Positions 1 through 9,037 of a stretch of 64,000 nucleotides of DNA are shown here, in pieces. How positions within the stretch are numbered: the first letter of the stretch is position 1; each line of letters begins with the position of its first letter. The notes beneath the pieces were generated by a model that saw only the letters and a program-made list of their open reading frames with translations, was not told the DNA's origin and searched no databases. The translations under genes and the position numbers were made by a program. Source of the DNA: a bacterium (GTDB lineage: Bacteria; Patescibacteriota; Minisyncoccia; Phycocordibacterales; UBA1006); assembly GCA_030433255.1 (NCBI GenBank), contig JAUIMI010000001.1, forward strand, positions 311,362 to 375,361, given 5' to 3'.

Positions 1-43
1 AAGTATTTCGTATGATAAATAAACTCATGATATAATCATATTT

Positions 44-1384
44 ATGAAAAGAATTTCATTAAAATTCTTTATACTTTTATTTATAACAATATTTTCAGGT
101 ATTGGTTTTTTATCATTTACTTATGCGCAAAGTGTTTCAGAGCTTGAACAACAAATAAAAGACCGTGAGCAGGAACGTGCTGAATTAGAAAAAGAAGCAG
201 AGCGTATACAACAAGAGCTCAGTACTACTCAAGGTGAAAAATCAGCACTAACAGCAGAACTTAATCGAATTAATGGTGAACGTAAAAGTCTAGAAAATAC
301 AATTAAAAAAACCGAAAATCAAATTGCAAGTTTAGATTTAAAAATTGATAAATCTCAAAAGGAAATTTCTCGTTATTCTTCAGAAATTCAAAGCCATGTG
401 GGGAAAATTGCTGGATTATTGCGAGGTATTGATAGGTACAACTCACTTTCTATATTAGAAGTATTAGCTTCTTCGGGTGATTTTTCTGATGTTTTTCTTG
501 CTCGTGATTCATATACTCGATTACAAAATCCTTTGGTTAGTCTTACTCATGAACTTGAACTTAAAAAAATAGATTTAAGAAAAGAAAATGAATTACTAGC
601 ATTGGAACAATCAGAATTAGAAGAGGAAAAAAATATTCTTGGGGATCAACGATCAATAATTAAAACAAAAGAAGAAGAGAAAAATAAGGTATTATCTGAA
701 ACAACAAAAAAGGAATCTTCATACCAACAATCTCTCTCTCAAACACTTGCAACAATTGATGCTCTCGATAAAGAAATTCGTGATTTTGAGTCAAAATTAG
801 AGTTTGCATTAAACCCAAATTCAATACCACAAAAGGGATCAGCAGTACTTGATTGGCCACTACAATCGGTTTTGATTACACAGCGTTTTGGAAAAACTGT
901 TTCCTCTGAACGTTTATATGTTTCAGGTTCACATAGTGGTATGGATTTTCGTGCAGCTGTTGGAACTCCGGTATATGCGGTAGCAGACGGTATTGTAAAA
1001 GGTGTTGGAGATACAGATACTATTTGCCCAAATGCGTCGTTTGGTAAGTGGGTATTTATTGAACATAATGTAGGATTATCGACCACATCAGGTCATTTAT
1101 CAAAATATATTGTAAAAGAAGGCCAGGCTGTAAAGAAAGGTGATGTTATTGCATACTCAGGAAATACTGGTCGTAGTACTGCTCCACACTTGCATTTAAC
1201 GGTTTATGCAACAAAAGGGGTCAATGGTGAAACAGGAGCTCGTGTTACTGATAGGCCAAGTGCAGCGTGTGCAGGTAAAACGTACCGTATGCCGTTGGCA
1301 CCTACGAGTGCATATTTAGATCCAATTGATTATTTACCAAAAACAGATACCTCTTATTTTAAACACCCATCATTGGTAATTTAA
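44..1384 (+). CDS. M23 family peptidoglycan metalloendopeptidase with a long N-terminal coiled coil (EnvC-like)
   Basis: The N-terminus is a signal/TM segment followed by about 250 aa of E/K/L-rich heptad sequence. The C-terminal domain carries the LytM/M23 motifs GSHSGMDF and APHLHL. A TATAAT at 31..36 sits only 7 nt upstream of the ATG. Confidence 0.8.
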   Translation: MKRISLKFFILLFITIFSGIGFLSFTYAQSVSELEQQIKDREQERAELEKEAERIQQELSTTQGEKSALTAELNRINGERKSLENTIKKTENQIASLDLKIDKSQKEISRYSSEIQSHVGKIAGLLRGIDRYNSLSILEVLASSGDFSDVFLARDSYTRLQNPLVSLTHELELKKIDLRKENELLALEQSELEEEKNILGDQRSIIKTKEEEKNKVLSETTKKESSYQQSLSQTLATIDALDKEIRDFESKLEFALNPNSIPQKGSAVLDWPLQSVLITQRFGKTVSSERLYVSGSHSGMDFRAAVGTPVYAVADGIVKGVGDTDTICPNASFGKWVFIEHNVGLSTTSGHLSKYIVKEGQAVKKGDVIAYSGNTGRSTAPHLHLTVYATKGVNGETGARVTDRPSAACAGKTYRMPLAPTSAYLDPIDYLPKTDTSYFKHPSLVI

Positions 1385-1392
1385 TTTATTTA

Positions 1393-1737
1393 TTGTATAG
1401 TTTTTTTATGATATATACTCAGAACATGGCGGGGAATAGAGGTTCTATAAAATGGATTATTCTTATTATTCTTGGAATTATTATTGCATCTTATTTTTTT
1501 GATTTTAGTGTACAAGATGCAGTAGAAGATGAACAGACTCAAGAAAATTTCTCATATATTAAATCCCATTTTCTCAATTTCTATAATCTTTATTTACAAA
1601 ATTTTACAGAGCCAATAATTAATTTTTTTAATGAATATATTTGGTCAGTGTTCATTGAAAATATGGAGAATGTTCAAAACGGAGAAACAACCGTGTTTGA
1701 TGAAGCTGCAGCAAACGTAACTATTAATTATAATTAA
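1393..1737 (+). CDS. hypothetical small membrane protein
   Basis: The ORF has a single hydrophobic helix (WIILIILGIIIASYFF) and no recognisable domain. The true start may be an internal Met. Confidence 0.35.
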   Translation: MYSFFMIYTQNMAGNRGSIKWIILIILGIIIASYFFDFSVQDAVEDEQTQENFSYIKSHFLNFYNLYLQNFTEPIINFFNEYIWSVFIENMENVQNGETTVFDEAAANVTINYN

Positions 1738-1799
1738 GGAACCTTATATGTTAGGTTTTTTAATTTACTTTTTAATTAAAGAACCTTAAGATACTAGTT

Positions 1800-2396
1800 A
1801 TGAACATACATTCGGCACAATTTATAAAAGGAGTAGTAGGTGAAGATGGAATTATGTACGACGGAACACCGCACGTTGCTTTTATCGGTAGATCTAATGT
1901 CGGAAAATCCAGTACACTTAATGCAATATTGGAACGAAAGAAATTAGTTAAAACTGGAAGAACTCCAGGGAAAACTCGAGAGATTAACTTCTTTAAGTTA
2001 ATTACAGATAAGCAACAGGTATCGTATTTTGTTGATTTACCAGGATATGGATATGCAAAGCTATCAAAAAAACAGCGTGAAGAGCTTGCAGATTTAATTA
2101 GATGGTATATTACTCATCCTGAGGCCGATACGGCTCTTATTTGCTTAATTATTGATTCAAAGGTAGGTTTATCGGCCATAGATAAGGAATTCATTCATTT
2201 AATGGATATCGCAGGTAAAGACTATATTATAGCCGCAAACAAAATCGATAAAATAAATCAAAAATCTCAAAATAAACTTAAAAAAGAATTATTAGCTGAA
2301 ATTAAACCAGGTACAAAGATTTTTTATTACTCGGCACATAAAGGCAAAAATATTAATCTACTGCGTGAATATTTATTTAGTGGTAGTAGAGAATAA
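1800..2396 (+). CDS. engB: ribosome biogenesis GTP-binding protein EngB/YihA
   Basis: The G1 motif GRSNVGKSS, a DLPGYG G3 motif and an NKIDK G4 motif are present. The size of about 198 aa is typical of EngB. Confidence 0.85.
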   Translation: MNIHSAQFIKGVVGEDGIMYDGTPHVAFIGRSNVGKSSTLNAILERKKLVKTGRTPGKTREINFFKLITDKQQVSYFVDLPGYGYAKLSKKQREELADLIRWYITHPEADTALICLIIDSKVGLSAIDKEFIHLMDIAGKDYIIAANKIDKINQKSQNKLKKELLAEIKPGTKIFYYSAHKGKNINLLREYLFSGSRE

Positions 2397-2402
2397 CCAG
2401 AA

Positions 2403-2437
2403 ATACCTTGAATTCTTTGAAACAAGGTATTTTTTAT
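2403..2437 (+). terminator. rho-independent terminator downstream of engB
   Basis: A 10-bp stem (AAATACCTTG ... CAAGGTATTT) is followed by a T-run. Confidence 0.6.
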
Positions 2438-2478
2438 TGATATACCTGTTATTATATAATATAACGTCGTAAAATATA

Positions 2479-2493
2479 TGTTGTGCGACGTTA
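2479..2493. repeat. left copy (attL-like) of a perfect 15-bp direct repeat TGTTGTGCGACGTTA
   Basis: The 15-mer is identical to the one at 19203..19217. It lies inside a short imperfect palindrome (TAACGTCG ... CGACGTTA) and sits 180 bp from an integrase pseudogene. Confidence 0.55.
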
Positions 2494-2675
2494 ATACAAG
2501 ATGTTTTTATGCCCTTTTAAGGGCATTTGACGTACATGCTTATTGAAACGGTGGTAACCTAAACATAAAGCATTATACTTTATAAAGATATTTCCGCTTT
2601 TGAGATATATTCATAGTTAAAAGTACATTTTGAATTATATCGCAATCCAACAAAAAAACAACCCTAAGGTCACTT

Positions 2676-3170
2676 TTACGAAGCCTGAAGTAGAACATCC
2701 CTCAATTTTAAGGCTTCCAATAATGAAGAGTCCAAGGTTAATGTTGGTTTGTTTTGGTTCAAATTGGATACTTCAGACTGTTGCCCTCCTTTTCTAGACA
2801 TATACTTTCCTGCCAATTCCTGATGACGGTTCGCACATAAATGTGTATAAGTAAATGAAGATTCAGGTTTTACATGTCTCAGAATCACCGAGACGTCTCT
2901 CATATTACCTCCCTGTTCTAAAATGCTATTCGCCTTGCCATGCCTAAAGCTGTGCGGTGTATAATTCTTGTCGATATTGGCATCTTCACACAGTAATTTC
3001 ATCCAACGTTGTACACTTCGCTGCGTGAATGGTTTCTTCGTTTTTGGATTAATCAAAAGTTCATCATGGTCAGTATCGAACCCTAGCCGTATCCCTAAAT
3101 AAATATTGAGCAAGAGAAGAGTAAATACAGCGATAGCTTCGAATTTGAAATAATTAAAGCCTATAACGAA
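2676..3170 (-). pseudogene. tyrosine recombinase / phage-type integrase, N-terminally disrupted
   Basis: The C-terminal catalytic region contains HSFRHG (the HxxR box) and a tyrosine in FTYTHL. A box I-like LNIYLGIRLG is present. The frame begins with TTG and an in-frame stop lies about 20 codons upstream. No core-binding domain can be recovered upstream. Confidence 0.6.
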
Positions 3171-3347
3171 TTATAGGCTAAACAATCAGTAGTGTTGGGA
3201 TATAGAATTCAACACCTTGTTTTTTGAATTAAGGTACTCGTACCCGTTTGGAGTTAGCTGATTAAGCTTTATTGTCTAACGTATTAAATATACTTGGTAA
3301 GCTTCTTCATTAGATCGTTTCATAACAGAACATTTAAAAAAGGAAAG

Positions 3348-3545
3348 TTATTTTACAAAAAGAAAATGAATAAAATAATTTGTCAAAAATTTCACTTCTT
3401 GTTTGGTCGGTCTTATAATACCAACATTGAATCCTATTTGGTTCAAGCGTGCTTGTAGAATTTTTACCTCAGTTGCCACATCTTTGGTATAGAAATGGTA
3501 ACGACCATCTCTGGCACCTGCTTTGACGTTTTGAGGCACTAACAT
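3348..3545 (-). pseudogene. orphan fragment of a peptidoglycan-binding (PG_binding_1-like) domain
   Basis: The segment TEVKILQARLNQIGF closely matches TEVKILQAHMNRLGF in the C-terminal PG-binding domain of the neighbouring 1020-aa protein. It is only 65 aa and has no signal peptide. Confidence 0.4.
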
Positions 3546-3679
3546 TGATCAGCGTAAGTATTACGTATTCGGACACTACCTTGAATTCTGCGAATACTAG
3601 TTTAAGTAATATAGGCTCTGTTTCAAAATGTTAACTTTCAATTTATATTAAAAAACACCATTTGGTGTTTTTTAAGTAA

Positions 3680-6600
3680 CTAATTCAATGATGTAACTCC
3701 ATCTAATGCCACTCCAGAAAGAGCATTTAAATGCCCTGCGGTTTCAGGTCCAATAATTCCATCAAGGATTAAGTTATTAGCTTGTTGGTATGAACGAATA
3801 CCTGCGTAGGTAAGCCCTCCGTAAATACCATCAAATGGTCCAATGGAATGGCCAAGTGAAGCAATACATTCTTGTGCTTGACGTATGTCATTTCCTGTCA
3901 TTCCTCGTTTGATTAATCGTCTGTAATTGATGAAACATTTGGCATCTTCTACAACAGGAGTTGATTCTACTTCTATTACTTCTTTCCCACAACTATTGTT
4001 AATCAATGATCTTGTAATTGGTCCAACATATCCGTCCTGAGTTGTACCTAGATATGCTTGCATACGTTTAATAGCTCCGTCAGTAATTGGTCCCAAGATC
4101 CCATCTACTTTCCCTGATGCAAACCCTAATCTATTCATATGTGCTTGAAGAATTTTAACTTCCGTTATGGTTTCATTTTCCCATGATGAGAAGCTTCCGT
4201 TGCGGTCTCCTACTTTCATGTTTTGATTTAGTATTTGAGATGATGGACATTGTTCCCCTTTTCCAAGCTCTTCAGAAACAGGAGTTCCAAAAATTTCTGC
4301 TAACTTTTCTTTTGATACACGCCTTGAACTTCCTTTTGAAGTTGAAGTCGTAGCATCATCATCCGTTAGCGTTACGATATGTGCTTGGTCAGCAACCGCA
4401 TCATACTCATCAGCACTTGCAGCAGCATTGATGCTAGCGGTGATACTTGCGGTGTCGGTTTGCACAAGGTCATCGTCAACACCTGTGACGGTAACCGTTT
4501 GAGGTGTATCCCAGTTTGCTGGTGTAAAGGTCAGTGAGCTTGGTGATACCGTTGCTTCGTTGGTGTCACTTGAACTCAGGTCGATGACAACATCTGAGGT
4601 TGGTTCAGCATCAAGCACAATGGTGTAGCTTGCTGTTCCTGCGTTTTCTGAAGCTGTTGATGTGTTTGATGATTGAGTGAAATCAGCCATATCATCATCA
4701 GTGATGATAATTGAAGCGGTTGCATCTGCTACCCCATCATAGGTATCATCAGAGGCAGCATCATTTACCGAAATCGTAAGTGTAGCTGAGTCATCACGGT
4801 CAAGATCATCGTTAACTGCTGTTACGGTGATGGTTTGGTTGACGTTCCAGTTACCTGTAGTAAAAGTCAGTGAACTTGGCGAGACGGTGGCTTCCCCAGT
4901 GTCACTTGAACTCAGGTCGATGACAACATCAGTAAGTGGCTGTGAACCCAACCGAACATTGAAACTCCCAGTTCCTGCATTTTCAAGAATGGTTAATCCA
5001 GTTGTGGTAATTCCACTTGGGTCGATGATAATAGAAGCGGCATCATCATCCGTTAGCGTTACGATATGTGCTTGGTCAGCAACCGCATCATACTCATCAG
5101 CACTTGCAGCAGCATTGATGCTAGCGGTGATACTTGCGGTGTCGGTTTGCACAAGGTCATCGTCAACACCTGTGACGGTAACCGTTTGAGGTGTATCCCA
5201 GTTTGCTGGTGTAAAGGTCAGTGAGCTTGGTGATACCGTTGCTTCGTTGGTGTCACTTGAACTCAGGTCGATGACAACATCTGAGGTTGGTTCAGCATCA
5301 AGCACAATGGTGTAGCTTGCTGTTCCTGCGTTTTCTGAAGCTGTTGATGTGTTTGATGATTGAGTGAAAGAAGTAACCACATTTACAATACGTGTTACTT
5401 CGATAGCATCATTTCCAGCCGCATCAGCTACATTATATGTGATAGTGTAACTACCAAGAGTGGATGTATCTACTGGATTTACAGTTACAATATTTACTGT
5501 GATATCTCCATCAAGATTATCTGTTGCAGCCGCTCCAGCATCTGAATATGGAGTATTTACAGGGACTGTTACAGGGTCACTCCCTGTAAGTGTTATAACA
5601 GGGGGTGTTGTATCTTGTAACCATAGTCTATTTTGAAAATCACCATTATCCCCATTGACTACGTAAACATCAATTTCCCCATCATTGTTTACGTCCCCAG
5701 TTGTAACCCCAAATGATTCCCCAGTATCTCCTGTAATGTTGTTTTGTGTAAAGTTTCCAGATCCATCATTTTCCCAAATAATATTCTGAAAACCAAAATA
5801 CATTGCAATAAGGATATCCAAATCACCATCACCATCAAAATCAACAATTTCTGAATCTTGAGCAGTACCTCCATAGTCATTAGCGATATTTTGAGAGGCA
5901 AATGTCCCATCATTATTATTTATCCAAAACCGATTTAGATTAACAGGTTGGTCATCATAGTATGAGGTTAGGTATAAATCAATATCATTATCACCATCTA
6001 TGTCACCGACAACTACTGAACGACCTGGGCAACCATTATTTTGATCCGTACATATATCACCAGTTATGTTACCACTTACAAAAGTTCCATCCCCATTTCC
6101 GAGCCATAATTTGTTCTGGTTATTATACGCTGCTCGTGAAGCGTAAATGTCTAGGTTTCCATCGTTATTAAAATCAGCCATTGCTACATCATCAGCAATA
6201 CCATCTCCTGAAATACTTCCATCAATGAAATTCCCAGTCCCATCATTTATCCAAAGAACATTGGTTCCGCCACTAAATGCTCCTACATAAATATCTAAAT
6301 CGCCATCATTATCAACATCGCCAATAACAACCGAACTAGACCGAGAAGTTGTTGAGTCAGCTGGAATATCGGCATTTGTAAATGTACCATCTCCATTTCC
6401 AAGCCATAGTTTATTTTTACTAAAACTATTGGTGACATAGATATCCAAATTCCCATCACCGTTAAGGTCTGCCATAGCTGCATCGGTAGTGTTTCCTTGG
6501 TCATCACCTAGAATATCAGAATTGGTAAAAGTTCCATCCCTATTTCCGATCCATAATTTATTTTGCTCTAATCGAGCACCTACATATATGTCTAAGTTTC

Positions 6601-6742
6601 CATCGTTGTTAACGTCACCCATTATGGCTGAACGTGAATTTCCTAAATCATTAGGAATATCTTGTGAAACGAATTCGGCATAAGCGCCTTGAGCACTAAA
6701 AGCAAGCGCAAGTAATAAAATAATCTTTGTATAATACTTCAT
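3680..6742 (-). CDS. large secreted FG-GAP/VCBS beta-propeller adhesin-like protein with Ig-like repeats and two C-terminal peptidoglycan-binding domains
   Basis: A signal peptide is present. There are seven or more D-x-N-x-D-G-x-L-D-I-Y-V calcium-binding FG-GAP repeats, a HYR/Ig-like segment, three beta-sandwich repeats of about 110 aa (two identical) and two PG_binding_1-like modules at the C-terminus. Confidence 0.8.
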   Translation of the reverse strand: MKYYTKIILLLALAFSAQGAYAEFVSQDIPNDLGNSRSAIMGDVNNDGNLDIYVGARLEQNKLWIGNRDGTFTNSDILGDDQGNTTDAAMADLNGDGNLDIYVTNSFSKNKLWLGNGDGTFTNADIPADSTTSRSSSVVIGDVDNDGDLDIYVGAFSGGTNVLWINDGTGNFIDGSISGDGIADDVAMADFNNDGNLDIYASRAAYNNQNKLWLGNGDGTFVSGNITGDICTDQNNGCPGRSVVVGDIDGDNDIDLYLTSYYDDQPVNLNRFWINNNDGTFASQNIANDYGGTAQDSEIVDFDGDGDLDILIAMYFGFQNIIWENDGSGNFTQNNITGDTGESFGVTTGDVNNDGEIDVYVVNGDNGDFQNRLWLQDTTPPVITLTGSDPVTVPVNTPYSDAGAAATDNLDGDITVNIVTVNPVDTSTLGSYTITYNVADAAGNDAIEVTRIVNVVTSFTQSSNTSTASENAGTASYTIVLDAEPTSDVVIDLSSSDTNEATVSPSSLTFTPANWDTPQTVTVTGVDDDLVQTDTASITASINAAASADEYDAVADQAHIVTLTDDDAASIIIDPSGITTTGLTILENAGTGSFNVRLGSQPLTDVVIDLSSSDTGEATVSPSSLTFTTGNWNVNQTITVTAVNDDLDRDDSATLTISVNDAASDDTYDGVADATASIIITDDDMADFTQSSNTSTASENAGTASYTIVLDAEPTSDVVIDLSSSDTNEATVSPSSLTFTPANWDTPQTVTVTGVDDDLVQTDTASITASINAAASADEYDAVADQAHIVTLTDDDATTSTSKGSSRRVSKEKLAEIFGTPVSEELGKGEQCPSSQILNQNMKVGDRNGSFSSWENETITEVKILQAHMNRLGFASGKVDGILGPITDGAIKRMQAYLGTTQDGYVGPITRSLINNSCGKEVIEVESTPVVEDAKCFINYRRLIKRGMTGNDIRQAQECIASLGHSIGPFDGIYGGLTYAGIRSYQQANNLILDGIIGPETAGHLNALSGVALDGVTSLN
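4354..4682. repeat. intragenic direct repeat, copy 1 (about 329 bp, identical to 5041..5369)
   Basis: Read by eye, the nucleotide sequence is identical to copy 2, offset by 687 bp (229 codons), inside the 3680..6742 CDS. Confidence 0.85.
5041..5369. repeat. intragenic direct repeat, copy 2 (about 329 bp, identical to 4354..4682)
   Basis: Same evidence as copy 1. The domain copy between the two (about 4700..5040) is diverged. Confidence 0.85.
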
Positions 6743-6857
6743 ATCAATTTAAATATTAACCTAAGTCATTATTATTTACAATATCCTTGAACGAAAATTT
6801 GACTTGCAAAAATTGCTTATTGAAGTATAGTTGTATTAAATTTTAAACAAGTAAATT

Positions 6858-7352
6858 ATGAAACAATTATTTCTTCTAGTATTGGTATTTTTCTCTATTA
6901 CAGTGCAAGCTCAAGTTGGGCTAGGTACCAACACCCCAGACCCTAATTCTATATTGGATTTAACAAGTAACAATAAGGGATTGCTTATCCCTCGAATGCT
7001 AACTAGTGATCGTTTAGCTATTACATCACCACCAAACGGGTTAATCGTATTTGATGTTGATACCAATGGCATATGCTATTTTTCCTCTACTTTGGATTGG
7101 GTTTGCATTGATGCAGAGTCTACTAATGGATGGGTGCAATCTGTTGATGGCACAACACCAGCAAGTGATGCAACTCAATCCATTGAGCGTTCTGGTGACC
7201 TAGAAATTTCAACCACAAGTTTTCAGATTAGTATCTCTGAGTCAGGTGGGATTACACTCAAAAACACCTCAAGTAATTCAAGTATAGAAATACAAAGCGA
7301 CGGTAAGATAAAGATGACCGGAGCAAGTGGAAGTTTTGTATACATTAATTAG
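6858..7352 (+). CDS. secreted hypothetical protein
   Basis: A signal peptide (MKQLFLLVLVFFSITVQAQ) is present. A conserved N-terminal block VGLGTNTPDPNSILDL..GLLIPRM..DRLAI..P.NGLIVFDVDTN resembles a motif I recall from Bacteroidetes surface proteins, but the family identity is uncertain. Confidence 0.5.
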   Translation: MKQLFLLVLVFFSITVQAQVGLGTNTPDPNSILDLTSNNKGLLIPRMLTSDRLAITSPPNGLIVFDVDTNGICYFSSTLDWVCIDAESTNGWVQSVDGTTPASDATQSIERSGDLEISTTSFQISISESGGITLKNTSSNSSIEIQSDGKIKMTGASGSFVYIN

Positions 7353-7450
7353 TTGAAAATTGAATTTAGAAAAGCCCTTACACTCGTATAGGCTTTTTTT
7401 TAAATTACTTAAAGGACATTTAATACAAGGATTACAATATCTAAAGGACA

Positions 7451-7490
7451 TTTAAAAACAGGCTATTTTTAAGTAGCCTGTTTGTTATTT
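7451..7490. terminator. bidirectional terminator between the convergent genes 6858..7352 and 7493..8863
   Basis: The hairpin ACAGGCTA-tttttaag-TAGCCTGT is flanked by an A-run and a T-rich run. A second, weaker hairpin lies at about 7371..7402. Confidence 0.5.
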
Positions 7491-7492
7491 AG

Positions 7493-8863
7493 TTAACGTA
7501 TAATTAATTTTTTAGATATTATCTTGTTGCTTGTAAGTATACTCACATGATACATTCCAGATGATAGATTAGGTAATTGTAAGCTTGTATTATCCGCCAA
7601 TAAACTACTATCATAATAAGCCATGGTTTTACCCAATGGATTATAGATAGTCACCTCTTGTATTGTAATAGCTTCGGGTAAGATAAAATGTATCTCTGTT
7701 GTTGCAGGATTTGGATATAAACGAATACTGTCAGTGGAGTCCTCAATATCTGAAACTCCCAAAGTAGCTTCATTTATGACATACATCTCAGTGATTAATT
7801 CATTTTCATATTGACCAACACCAATGTTGCCAGAAGTTAAGAGAACATTTGAAACTATCCCTTGATAAGGCATCTTTACAATAACGGATGAACCATATGC
7901 TCTATCAGCCGGAATAAAATTAGGATCTAGCGTCAAATTTGAGCCAGTATCGATGTAAATTCCTGCACTGGGATTCGGTTGTGATTGAAAACCAGCTACA
8001 TAATAGTCAAAACTTCCATCACTATTAAAATCATGTTCAAGAATATTAGCCTGTATATGATTAGGAATTACACTCGAACTTAACTCCGTAACACCATCTG
8101 AATCCACAAAATAAATATCAGATGTGTTGTTGTTAGTTTTAAGAATATACCTTCCAAATTCATTAAACACCAAAATGGTATCTGAACCCAATAAGCCTCT
8201 TGTACCTCTCAAGACATTATACGTGCCATTGTTGTTGCTAACCATAACATAACAATTATTATTCACATCATTGTTTGGTGTTGAGTTAAGAGAACTGGTA
8301 TCATCTACTATTTTTGTAAAGAATCCATTGGAATTTTCATAAATAATAGAACGTAAACGAAAACTTGCATCACGACCACTTGTTCGTAAATCAAGATCGC
8401 CATCATTATCAACATCGAAAAAATCAGCTATAACATCGTAAAGTCCAATGAGGTTTTGGGATACATTGTACCCTCCATTCCCGTCATCCATACGAATTTC
8501 TGCAAAAGGATTTGAATTGGGCAAATTAAGATTTGGCGTACCGATAATAAGAATATCTGGACCATACAGCCCATCAAGATCAGCCTGAAGTATTTTTCCA
8601 TACCCCACATCTGGCAATGTTCCCGTCTGAGCAAACATGTCATTTGTGTCATCAAAGTCGTAAATGCGAGTCCCAAGAATAGAATTATCCTCTATTCCAT
8701 ATCCGATTAATCGATTATGTAAACCATCTCCGTTAGTGTCGATAGGTAGAAATTCTCCTTTGACAGGAACGAGATTGTGCTGAATAGTTCCATAATTTAG
8801 TTGAGCACACACATTGAAAATAGGTGCAATTGCCATCATCAAAAACAAAATAATTTTTTTCAT
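7493..8863 (-). CDS. secreted FG-GAP-like repeat protein with a T9SS (Por) C-terminal sorting domain
   Basis: A signal peptide is present. Calcium-binding D-x-D-x-D-G repeats occur (FDVDNDGDLDL). The C-terminal 75 aa (LYPNPATTEIHF ... GMYHVSILTSNKIISKKLIIR) matches the type IX secretion CTD pattern. Confidence 0.7.
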   Translation of the reverse strand: MKKIILFLMMAIAPIFNVCAQLNYGTIQHNLVPVKGEFLPIDTNGDGLHNRLIGYGIEDNSILGTRIYDFDDTNDMFAQTGTLPDVGYGKILQADLDGLYGPDILIIGTPNLNLPNSNPFAEIRMDDGNGGYNVSQNLIGLYDVIADFFDVDNDGDLDLRTSGRDASFRLRSIIYENSNGFFTKIVDDTSSLNSTPNNDVNNNCYVMVSNNNGTYNVLRGTRGLLGSDTILVFNEFGRYILKTNNNTSDIYFVDSDGVTELSSSVIPNHIQANILEHDFNSDGSFDYYVAGFQSQPNPSAGIYIDTGSNLTLDPNFIPADRAYGSSVIVKMPYQGIVSNVLLTSGNIGVGQYENELITEMYVINEATLGVSDIEDSTDSIRLYPNPATTEIHFILPEAITIQEVTIYNPLGKTMAYYDSSLLADNTSLQLPNLSSGMYHVSILTSNKIISKKLIIR

Positions 8864-9037
8864 CTTTTTAAATTTTAAGGTTTATTTGATTTGATATTAC
8901 CATGAACTCTTTCTTTTTACTATAAACTGAAAAAGCCTAACACTATATGATTATATATTTACAGGATAACTGTATATTCCCTTGCTTTGTTCAAACACTT
9001 GTTTTAGTTTAGCTTTCATCCATAAAACAAAGAATAC

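Noticed and set aside
4827-6683. Plus-strand ORFs nested inside the 3680..6742 adhesin gene (4827..5189, 5360..5545, 5962..6171, 6489..6683) and the minus-strand ORFs 5689..5913 and 6295..6507
   Set aside because: They are antisense or out-of-frame to a strongly supported 1020-aa CDS. They show low-complexity translations and no start context, so they are artefacts of the repetitive sequence.
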